This document shows positions 11,001 through 22,508 of a stretch of 64,000 nt of DNA, piece by piece (positions within the stretch are counted from its first letter, which is position 1; every line of letters starts with the position of its first letter). The stretch spans positions 14,756,001 through 14,820,000 of the forward strand of contig OZ249451.1 of assembly GCA_965235115.1 (NCBI GenBank). The letters run 5' to 3'. The notes below the pieces were generated by a model. That model ran no database searches, was not told where the DNA came from, and saw only the letters and a list, made by a program, of their open reading frames with translations. Both the position numbers and the translations under genes were made by a program. The stretch is from Laetmonice hystrix. Its lineage: Eukaryota.

Positions 11001-13610
11001 AAAGCTACCACTGAAAGCGATCATCGCCTCACAGATGGGCCCCGCCAACTCGGAATCCGACAATGATTTCGGGACTAATAACCACAATTAACTTGGATGA
11101 GCCGAGCGGAACGGTAATAACCACAAAATGATTAACGACACAAGTGTACGTTTTTACAATAATTATCGCCAATAATTGCCGATTAAATAATGTAGGGAAG
11201 GCGTATAATAAGTAATGTTATCCCAAGGGGGTGGATTCTCATGGTCAGCCGTTCGATCATCAGTAAGGTTCGCTAATAGCCGGGATTGGCGGGCGAGCGA
11301 GCGAGGCGACAGTTGATAACCTACAGCGGAGCTTTCAATAGGCGGACATTTCACTGAAATGAACATGCGTGAATGGTGAATCGCAATGATTGATAATCTG
11401 TCTCTATTTAGCGAAAATTGGCCACAGAATTGGCGCGCCTCCCGACAAAAACCTAATAAGTTCCGCCCGCGTCGAGCGCCGCCCGTGCCGCCGATAAGGC
11501 GACCCCGAAGGGACGCGCCATTTCGGGACGCTGGCTTGTCGTGAAAGAGACAAGATAGCGGCGGCGAATCAGCGGCGGAGGATGCCTCAAAGATCAAAGC
11601 TAGCCGTGATAATTAACAAACAGAAATCAACAGACAATTTGGCGTGAGTCAGCGTGTGCAGGGCGAGGAGTGTGGCGTGGGTAGGACGGAGATACGATTG
11701 ACCGCGACTGTTGGGTCGGATCGGAGTGAGAGAGCGGGAATCAATTATACCGGACGGGTATAGACGTGGGCAGGACGGGCGGGGTGGGCTGCGAGGACGG
11801 GTACGGACGGCCCTCGTATCCGACCCGGCAACTCTCGGCTCACACTCGGCCCTCAGTCCCCACCATCACCCCCACCTCCCCTTTCCACGACTCGTATTCA
11901 GTTCGTAAGCGGAATGTACTAAATCAGACACTTTATAACGCACACACGTGCGCGTACACATGCGTGTCTGTATAATGCACACCTGTGCATGTGGATATCA
12001 AATGAGAGAATTAGAACAAAGACAATTATATTGCAAGTGTACAATCTATATATATGTATATAGCATATATTGGGATAGAGTAATCTTCAGAGGCCGAGGG
12101 CAGAGTCCTATAGTACATAGTTCAAGTGTTCGAGTAAGCCTAATGGTGTTCATATTCCACTTTTTATGCATGCCAAAAAGATGAAGAGGCGAAAAAGAAA
12201 GTGAAACTAAATGGACATTCATATATAAAAGCATATGCCTATAGTTAGCATGCATATACCTACCAACTATTTCGACCCCCCCCCCCCCTAAAAAACACAC
12301 AAACAAACACAAACAACAAAACAGATAAAAAAAACCATTGAGACTGAGATGTCGGAGAAACGCCCTAATTTAAAATCAATTATATCATGTATTAGCTGGA
12401 GTTTAATGTTTCCATGTATATGCGGCAATGCCTGGGTGTATACTTGTCAGTAAGGTTCATACATCTTTACATGGACGAGATATCTATGGCAATTGCTGAT
12501 TTAAACTTGCATGACAAACTTGGTTTACGTTGTGCAACTCTGCAAACTTTATAATTCAATTAGAAGTTTTAAAAGGTATGTGTTACGTATGATTTAATTA
12601 CCGTTTAACAAGAATCCAGGGTGGGCTATGTCAATAAATGCCTACCGTCACGTATAGCTTTCAGAGCTAGTCCTTTGATGTCAAACAGCGTCGGCTGTAG
12701 GCCTCTATATAAGGCATACACAAGTATATGCTATATAACCTACCTCGTTCATTATAGGAGTTTTGGGTCGGCTGAAACCACCGGCTGTCCGGTCTGCAGA
12801 GAGTGATCCGAGAAATATCAGTTATATGTGTGTGTATGCATGGGTGTGCGTGTATATACGGTCAGGCGCCCATCCTAAGGCTACCTCTAGGTGACTTCTC
12901 GCTATGTGACCACTCGGCCAGGGACGAGTTAGAAGATGTACCGTAGTTGGGGGATATAATGTCTATAGGAATGTCCCGATAGCCGCTGATAAACGAGGCG
13001 TGAAAAAGGTACCGGTACTTGGGGCCACTTGGGTGGTCCCAGGGGCCCGGGTCCTCTAGCCTGCAGACACCGGGGGGACCAGGACACCGGCAGGCGTCGG
13101 ACCCTCACCGCCGGGACCCTATACCCCACAGTCCCCGGTCTATACAAACACGTGGACAGGCTCTGGTCTCAATGACGTACTGTCCCATAGAGACAGGTAA
13201 TGTACTAATGAGGGCGGTATGGGACAGAAAGATGGTTTCTGAGGGCGCCGGCCATCGACAGCGCTAAATGTTTAATTATTAGATGCGGGTGCTAATAAGG
13301 AGATGTCAAGAAAGGGTGTCAGTGTCTACAGGGTGGAGGAGAGAGGGGGTGTATACCCCCACCTGTTGGACTCGTGCGGGGTCGGGTGAGTGTAGGTGGG
13401 GTTACTCAAGGGTGCTGATCCTGGGACCCTCATACAAAACACCGGTTTATAATATATGACTATTCATCGTGCAAAAAATTTACCTTGAATCAAAAGTGTT
13501 GTGCAGAGTCTCAAAGATTTCTATGTTCCTTTAAATGTTTGTGTGAAGTCACCAAATACACATAAGTTATACCTTATTGGGAGACAATTTTCAGGTTTTA
13601 TCCGCCAGGT

Positions 13611-14050
13611 NNNNNNNNNNNNNNNNNNNNNNNNNNNNNNNNNNNNNNNNNNNNNNNNNNNNNNNNNNNNNNNNNNNNNNNNNNNNNNNNNNNNNNNNNN
13701 NNNNNNNNNNNNNNNNNNNNNNNNNNNNNNNNNNNNNNNNNNNNNNNNNNNNNNNNNNNNNNNNNNNNNNNNNNNNNNNNNNNNNNNNNNNNNNNNNNNN
13801 NNNNNNNNNNNNNNNNNNNNNNNNNNNNNNNNNNNNNNNNNNNNNNNNNNNNNNNNNNNNNNNNNNNNNNNNNNNNNNNNNNNNNNNNNNNNNNNNNNNN
13901 NNNNNNNNNNNNNNNNNNNNNNNNNNNNNNNNNNNNNNNNNNNNNNNNNNNNNNNNNNNNNNNNNNNNNNNNNNNNNNNNNNNNNNNNNNNNNNNNNNNN
14001 NNNNNNNNNNNNNNNNNNNNNNNNNNNNNNNNNNNNNNNNNNNNNNNNNN
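13611..14050. other. Assembly gap (440 N)
   Basis: Run of N. Confidence 1.
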
Positions 14051-14898
14051 TGCATGGTCAGCCAATTCTCGGCGTCCATGAATTCATGAATTAATTACGA
14101 TACACAGAAAGGGGAATCCCCGTTGAACCTGAAGTGCACAGCAATAAAACAATCGTAGAATCCCAACAACGTAGGTCTTTCCTTATGGCTGCCATATATT
14201 ACAAGAACGATAATAAACCTATGAACTTATACTTAAATGCAAATGATGTTTACACCAACCTAGAAAAATATCTTTGTGGACATAGATTGGTTGTCAAGTG
14301 GACGCTCCGTGAATTACGGGTACAACAACTATAAAAACGTCTAATACCAAGAAAATGTGGAGAGGTCATGACTAGATCCATTAAGGAAAGGAAATGTATT
14401 CTAATTGTTTACATCTCCCACGACGTTCAAAACATCTTAGGCTCCTAGAGGGGTTGAAGAACATGCAGACTGGAATATTGTGACAGGCTGGAATACTGTG
14501 AAAGAACGTGAAAAGTATCCTTCAAAAAATAGACCCATTTTGTTGTATTCTGGAAAACATCTGATCAAGGAATGTATTTCAAATTAATCCGTAGTACAAT
14601 AAATTTTCAGATGCATGTTTAGGATATACATAAATTTCAGCTTGGAAATTCATCCAACATAAGAAAACAACTCAAAAACTAAATAGACATATATGTGCAC
14701 ACCCATACGTATCTATAGGCTTACACAAGCGAACGATATATCGTAAATGCATTTGTTTATCAACAGCAGTTCAAACTATTTATATAAACATATACCTGTC
14801 TTCAATAAAAGTCCACCGGGCATCGAATGCCACAATGACAAGGACTCCTGATAAAGTTTTACTTTACTGTTCCTGACACCATTGACTGGTCTAGTGTT

Positions 14899-15516
14899 GG
14901 TCTTCACAACTAAACACACAGGTGGCCATGGTCTGCACAACTAAACACACAGGTGGCCGTGGTCTGTACAACTAAACACACATGTGGCCAAGGTCTGCAC
15001 AACTAAACACACGGGTGGCCATGGTCTGTACAACTAAACACACATGTGGCCAAGGTCTTCACAACTAAACACACAGGTGGCCATGGTCTGCACAACTAAA
15101 CACACGGGTGGCCATGGTCTGTACAACTAAACACACATGTGGCCAAGGTCTGCACAACTAAACACACAGGTGGCCATGGTCTGTACAACTAAAAACACAT
15201 GTGGCCAAGGTCTGCACAACTAAACACACAGGTGGCCAAGGTCTTCACAACTAAACACACAGGTGGCCATGGTCTGCACAACTAAACACACGGGTGGCCA
15301 TGGTCTGTACAACTAAACACACATGTGGCCAAGGTCTGCACAACTAAACACACAGGTGGCCATGGTCTGTACAACTAAAAACACATGTGGCCAAGGTCTG
15401 CACAACTAAACACACAGGTGGCCAAGGTCTGCACACCCAAACACACAGGTAGCCATGGTCTGCACAACTAAACACACAGGTGGCCATGGTCTGCACAACT
15501 AAACACACAGGTGGCC
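14899..15516. repeat. Minisatellite, 31-bp unit, ~20 copies
   Basis: Unit cacaactaaacacacaggtggccatggtctg with minor variants. Confidence 0.97.
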
Positions 15517-18500
15517 GCGCTTAAGTTATATCCGCCATCGTAGAATACTTCAGCAATAACCTTTCTTGATTTCAATGGGGATTAGCAAGTCAAATTCCCG
15601 AAATCAATAAAACGTACATCTGAGAGTGCTACTGACTCATCGAACAAAAAATCTAAATTGCTTCATCCTTTAGATCGTTCAGGAACGGTAGAGACAAACA
15701 AGTTTTCTTTGCAACTGTTCGCCAATCAGTCTAGATGGGACACAGTCATAAAGTCATTAAGGAGCGCAAATCACGGATACAATCACCCGTAAAGCACATG
15801 GTCAATTTGATCATCATTAGATATGCTAACAACATGCGCATCCTGATGAGGTGCGGCGGAAAATCCCAAATATTGTGTCCTTAGGTGTGTAAAAAAAATC
15901 ACCTCCGTCCGGCGTCACATAAAGGCGTACATGTAAACCAACTAAACGTTTCCGTATAGAAGATAACTTTCTTGTGGAAACATACTCATTTACAACGAAT
16001 ATCGACTTATTGACGGATCGTCGCTTCCAATAAAAATCGCCGATTGAATCTGAGCGAATAGAGCATACACCAAGCGTGATGAGTCCATGCCTAACCAAGA
16101 CGGATTCAATAAACCCATAAAACGATTCGATGCTACATTGAACTCCACCAAAAAACCCACAGCGAATGCCAATTGGCATGTGAATAGAAGTCCCTGCATT
16201 GGGACAACACAGCAAATTGAAATCGACGACGTATATAAAAGCTAATGACGTTCAAGTCAGGCTGGGAAGAACCATTCAACATTGGTCGACCGGGGCTATT
16301 ATCCCTGGGGTTGCACTGATGTGGGCGCGATTCTGAAAAAAGATAAGATAAGTTGATTTACATGGGCCATACAAGGGGGCCATCCACACGGGCCTAGCGT
16401 GTCCATTTCACTGGGGAGTCGCCTTTGATGTGTTGGGTTCGGTACGACAATAGGATGGGTATTCAGTGACTGCTGGGAGCGATAAATGAGGCAAATGGTG
16501 GCACACATAGCGCACAGACATCACCGCCTCTCTGCTACCATTATAGCGGGGAGCGTATTCTGTAGGATTGGAACCGTTTAACTTTAGGTGTTGTAACCGC
16601 CAGCTCCCAGAACGAACAAAAAGTCACAAACTGTTTTTATTAATCTTTACCGTAAGAGGATATAGGATGGTGGTAACATAAACACTCTGAAACAATATCC
16701 AAATACTTTAAAACCGATTATATTTAAACACCTTAGGAATAAGAAATAAACTTCCTTCTTTAAAAAAGACATTCGACTAGGGAATATATATCTCATGCAA
16801 ATTGTATTTAGGCGCCAAGAGACGGAATCATTGTGAAAAAGGAAGCAGGCAGAATGCACACTCAATATTGAGAGGCCTTATTTAGGCCCAGGGGATTGCT
16901 AAAACTTGTGAAAAATTAACTAATCATTCAGTGGTTGGGACGATGCTAAAGTATCTTTTTTTAGGGGGTCACCTCTGGACGTTAAAGCGACTTTCAGGGG
17001 GTCCACAATCACCAAGACAGGAAGTTGGTCCATTAGCCAACAACAAGAGGAAGCCTCAATTGAATGTCTATGTCACTGTCGCGGTGTCTTTGAAGCTTGG
17101 CTACTATAAAGACCTCGTAATAAATATATCAAAATGAGCTTTCAATTTCTGAGGTCAATGTGAGAAGAGAATGGCGTTGTGTGTGTCCACTGGTCTGCCG
17201 ATAGACCGCCTAGACAGGGTGTCTTTGGGAACAGAGCAAGCAGTAAACAGGACATACAGCAGCTCCGCCAGTGTACAGATTAATACCGCCTCATTTATTA
17301 ACCGCTTGGCGTCTACATATCCATTGGAGCCTTCACGCTTTGAAATGAACATCTTGAAAAGGACATCGTGCTTGGGCGACACCCTCGCCCCAACGTAGCG
17401 TATGAAGGCTTTGTGGCGACGTCAGAGCCCGCCACACAGGTTGGTGTCTTATAAACAATGAGATGCCACCGTACAGGCTGATATAAATTAATCGAAGGTC
17501 ATCTGTTTACCTTGGCGCTACCTTTCCACCAAGGTAAAATTTCAGCCCATGTGAAAATGACACCAGAGATGAGAATCGGTTTTATGCCACACACATTGAA
17601 GTGGGGTGTCGTGGATAGTTCCCGCTGTCCTTCTTCCCAACATGGCTTTTCTTTCTGGTACTTTCCCTGTATATATTGTGAGATATACCCTGAGTTATGT
17701 AAAGGGTCTGTTGTCCAGCCAATAAATTTTATCAAAATTGGTGACTCGATTAGGGGTTTATTGATGGAATCTTATCAGGGCGATGACCAGTTGAAACTAT
17801 CTCTTGGTCAGCGAGACGTCGGAATGTATGAAGGGCGGCAGCCACGGTCACTGAAGGTCACGATAAAGTTGCCCAACAGATGGCGTACTGTATCATATTG
17901 CTAGGCTTTGTCTCACGTTGGCCAGTGTATGCCTTTAATACGTCAAGGGTAGTTGACAAATTGTTGCCACGGACAATTGTGTCAGTTTTCGCCTTTGGTG
18001 CATAATGAAATAAGACTTGTGTGGTCCATGCGTGAACTTGTTGGAGATTAGCCATGTTGTCACATTTGTATGCATGGAAGTGCGTACACATTTATTTTGT
18101 CATTTACCCAGTATAGTTTGTTTACAAAAGGAAAATGGATTCCTTTTTTTTCATATCACAAGTAATTAGATGAGTAATCAGTACCATAAGAGAATCAATA
18201 TTCCATGACTTTTTTCCGACTGTTTTTGTATTTCCAACTTATGTTACTGCTCGGTCTGGGAACTTTCCTGTTGCCAGTACATGTGTGTGGCGATTTCTTT
18301 TATATTAATGGGGCTTATATCCTCAATGAAAGCCACGATTCATCATAGCATTTCTTTCTCATTGCGATTCTACGATTAAAGGATAAAGTCCACTGCAATA
18401 TTTGCTTTCTGCATTTAATTATGAGTTAGAAGCAAATGTTGAGACATATATAGTTCCTATAGTTTGAGGGGGCAGTGTGGGACTGAGTACCACCGTACGG

Positions 18501-18622
18501 TACTCTGCATCCTTTTGGGTAGCCTTGAAAGTCATCATTTGAATAGTGTTAAAGAACATCACATCTGGTGCCTCACGAAGCTTTTCGACGAGGTTTTCTG
18601 GCATTGCCTAACCACGACATGT

Positions 18623-18957
18623 CAGACTCGTAATTTCCACTGAATTATTGAGGGGGCTAGATAATATCCATTGAATTATTGAGGGGGCTAGATAATATCC
18701 ATTGAATTTTTGAGGGGGCTAGATAATTTCCATTGAATTATTGAGGGGGCTAGATAATATCCATTGAATTATTGAGGGGGCTAGATAATTTACATTGAAT
18801 TATTGAGGGGCTAGATAATATCTATTGAATTATTGAGGGGGCTAGACGAACAGAGTCTAAGGTTCTGCCTAGAAATTAAAAGTAGGCTAATTATTAGGCA
18901 ACATTGAAACTATTGGGGGGCCTAAGCCCCCCTAGCCCCCCAGGAATTACGGCCCTG
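18623..18957. mobile_element. Non-autonomous DNA element (MITE) with an internal 31-bp tandem array
   Basis: Imperfect 15-bp TIRs (cagactcgtaatttc 18623-18637; ggaattacggccctg 18943-18957; 11/15 match). CATGT flanks both ends (18618-18622, 18958-18962). About 6 copies of cattgaattattgagggggctagataatatc lie at 18640-18846. Confidence 0.65.
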
Positions 18958-20879
18958 CATGTGGTATGTACTATATAGCCTTAATTGCAGAGTTCATTTA
19001 AAACTATTGAAATTTCAACAGCAACTACATCTCAGTTTCAGCCACACAAGCATGTGTGTGATAGTGTAACCCTTGCGTGGTATTTTCAGTTTCTACATAA
19101 GTCATTAAGAGATCACCGAATTAAAATACTTGGTGATTATGAACGCACAGGCAAAGGTCGTACACATATTTGTTCATCCACTTCGTATACATACGTATCT
19201 GACAATCTATACTCGGCGTTTGATGTCTGTGAACTTCACCGCTTGGCATTCTTGTATTTATTCAGACGCCAGTAGTATTTCTCTATTTTCAAAGATACTT
19301 TTGTTTAGAAATTTAACTGCCTCGTTGAGTGTGAATAATCAGCGTCGCCTTTTTGTGATCGGTCAAAAATTCAATCAAGGCTCTTTTCTCGGATTGTGAA
19401 GCTGTACCATTGTACTGGTGCCAATTACCAGGCATCATGAAATATACATGACCACTTTACATACAGACGTAGGACTTAGCGGCGCTGCTACACCCATTAC
19501 GTATGTAAATGGAGGGCTGATTCCTTGGGCTATTTGTGTTGGGAGAGGACATTTCTGGGCAGCGGGTCAGTTGGAAATGACTCTTCATTCTTTTGTTGGT
19601 GGTATAGATGTTAGAAAGTGATATACTCGAGGATTACAACAGATGGTTCACAACAAAAACTGTCTAACTTTTAATGGAATCTTCTCCTGATGTGTATCTC
19701 CCTAGATGTTAGATCGTAAAACGTTTACTGTTTGCGAATGGTATAATGGAAGTTGATTGTGTTTCTCATAATATATGTAAACGGTACGAAGAATTTCATA
19801 TAAGTATTTGGAAAGTTAGGTTGTAAAATAAATATAAGACATCGTTTTAGGTTATAGAATGCCCCTCAACAAAAATATTTTCAGAAATTTTTTTTTTTTA
19901 CAGGACACAATATTAGAATACACACTGTTGCTGTACTCTTCAGCAGAAAAAAAGTGGCACAGTAAATCTACTTGTTGCCATGCTAGAGCACCAATCACTT
20001 GTGTTATGAGGGTGGGGTGAGTGGGGTGGAGTGGGGTAGGGTGAGTGGAGGTGGGGGTGTTGGGGATTCAGCAGCGACACACTTGTCTCTGCGGTTAGCC
20101 TTACATACGTTGCTCCGGACCAAAGTTTCCACGAAAGTTGAAACAGGTTTGGACATCCCTCGAATCTCAGATCTGACAAACCCGCATGACTTATTGATAT
20201 CTGCATACAGACAATAGGACTATAACGATTTCTTACGGCCCGACAACTCCCGACTACCACATGTCCCGGACCGACAAAGAGATGTCCCTTTAATTACGTG
20301 AACATCTTCTACACCTCAACGTCACGGGTACTTATGTATGCCGTTAATTGGGCACATCCTGATGCTATAGTCCAGACGCGCGAAGAAATCAATTTTACAT
20401 GTAAATTGGGGTAGGGGGGACTTTGCGTTGCCAAGGTGTTTCAGTTGGAGCGTTGGGGTCTAGCTAACCTACGCAGACCGTGTTGAGTATCAGAAGGGAA
20501 GTGTGTGTGGAGGGGTGAAGGGCTTCATGACGTCGTCGTTAGGACACGGCCTGGTGTGTCATCTCCATCCACTAACGACCACCTCCTGGTGTTAAATATT
20601 CAGAGCTCACAGATGGCTCGTGTGAAATAAACAAGGTCGTTTTCCACAGATTTAGACGTCATGAGGGTGGTTACGAGTCCGAGGTGGTAGTCTGGAGGGG
20701 TAAGTAATGTCTGTTGTTGGAGAGAAAGGCAGAACTCCTTCAGGGTCAGGGCAGGGATATCTCGAAGGTCATCCGTGAAAATGCCTTCAAGACATCTGAA
20801 GATTGTCCTTAACGCAAGTTCAGAAGAGATGAAACTATATCTAACATATACATCTGGTATATGTGAGCCGATATATGGC

Positions 20880-21111
20880 CTCTTCTTCTTGAAGAAGGAT
20901 AAACTGGATTGGTCTCTTCTTCTTCAAGAAAGGCATTATATGCATCATATGAGGCGCATGTTATGAGAAGTCCTACTCCAGGGTTGAGACCGGCGTATGG
21001 TACTCCTTGCGCCCTCTACAGGGCGCCTAGAGAGCTAGCCTATAGCTAGCCCAACACGCACTCCACATGCAGGCGAGACCAAGGCAGTTTCTCCTTCTTC
21101 AAGAAGAAGAG
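20880..21111. mobile_element. MITE-like fold-back element
   Basis: 37-bp inverted repeats at 20880-20916 and 21075-21111 (first 20 bp perfect, 3 mismatches overall). No TSD resolved. Confidence 0.7.
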
Positions 21112-22330
21112 AACATTTGTATCGGGTGTATGTCATACATGTAAATGTGGGTTCACCTCTAGTATACATATACAGTCGTATAAAGCCAATTACCTTGCCT
21201 CACCACCAAAGTCATGGGAAGTGGCAGTGTCGTATAGTTGGTGTGGGCTTGATACCTTATGCCATGTGAATGGGTGCAGTAATCTTAAGGCTTCGATTCG
21301 ATGCCAGTGGGGGTGTTGTATATAGGCCTAAGTTGGATAAGCCTGATTCCCTCGCATATTATATAATGGCGAAACATTCCTTCTATCTCTGCCCTTAATA
21401 CAATATACATGAATACATGAATAAGTGTATGTGACATATGCGTGTGTGTGAGTTTTTGTCTGTGTTGTATTAAACGAATTCAGTCCCAAGATGACAGTGC
21501 ATTGAACGTGGCCAATTACCCCCTGCGTCCAACCCTAACCCCTATTGTTCACCCCATCGAGAGGGGACGGGTGTGTGGTTATGTGTTACATCACGTAAGT
21601 GAGAAGATCGACCAGACAAATTGACACCTCGTTTTGAACCATCTTCATGGCCCCCTCCCCAAGTCTTACACGGGACTGGGTAAGACCAAACCACCGGGTG
21701 ATAGTGTAACTACTCGAGGCACACATCACAAGTACATTAAATACCCTCCCCACATAAAGCCCCAGGCTCCCGCCACCTTACTCTGAATTACCCTACTGTC
21801 ATACAGACCGTCTGGTCCCAGAGTGTGGTCCACACGATCCTTCATCGACCCATAATTACAGATACATTGAGAATAGAGAAGGTAATGGTTCGGTCCAGGG
21901 CCAGGTCTGAGAGATGACATATGTGATTGATATTCAGCCGTTAACTGTAATGGTATATGGTTTACGTATGTATGCAGTGGCGAGCAGAGGTGGGTTTTAT
22001 TAAAACGTTTCAAAGCGTGAAGCTTGGCGTATTTATACAGTCAACTTGATGATAGATGACAGCTTTCTTTGTCAGATATTATAAAATGTGCCATTCACAA
22101 TACATACGTCATACGACATGGTGTGCAGGGACCGCGGGGGGGGGGGTGTGGTTCACTGACACTGGTTCATTCTGGACCTCAGCCACGCCGAAAAAAAAGT
22201 GTGTGTTGGGGAGGGGGTGAAGTCCCCCCGTCCACCCCGCCCCACAAACTTCCCCGGTCCCTGCGGCAGTGACAATGGAAATTTCAGAATGGTGTTTTGT
22301 TTGCACAAAGGTAACAGCAGGCTATTAGAT

Positions 22331-22508
22331 NNNNNNNNNNNNNNNNNNNNNNNNNNNNNNNNNNNNNNNNNNNNNNNNNNNNNNNNNNNNNNNNNNNNNN
22401 NNNNNNNNNNNNNNNNNNNNNNNNNNNNNNNNNNNNNNNNNNNNNNNNNNNNNNNNNNNNNNNNNNNNNNNNNNNNNNNNNNNNNNNNNNNNNNNNNNNN
22501 NNNNNNNN
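22331..22508. other. Assembly gap (178 N)
   Basis: Run of N. Confidence 1.

Noticed and set aside
13501-14094. Long ORFs here and at 22153-22571 and 31359-32018
   Set aside because: They span runs of N and are artefacts.
21222-21245. miR-34-like sequence tggcagtgtcgtatagttggtgtg
   Set aside because: It shares the first 9 nt, but I could not build a well-paired precursor hairpin with either flank.
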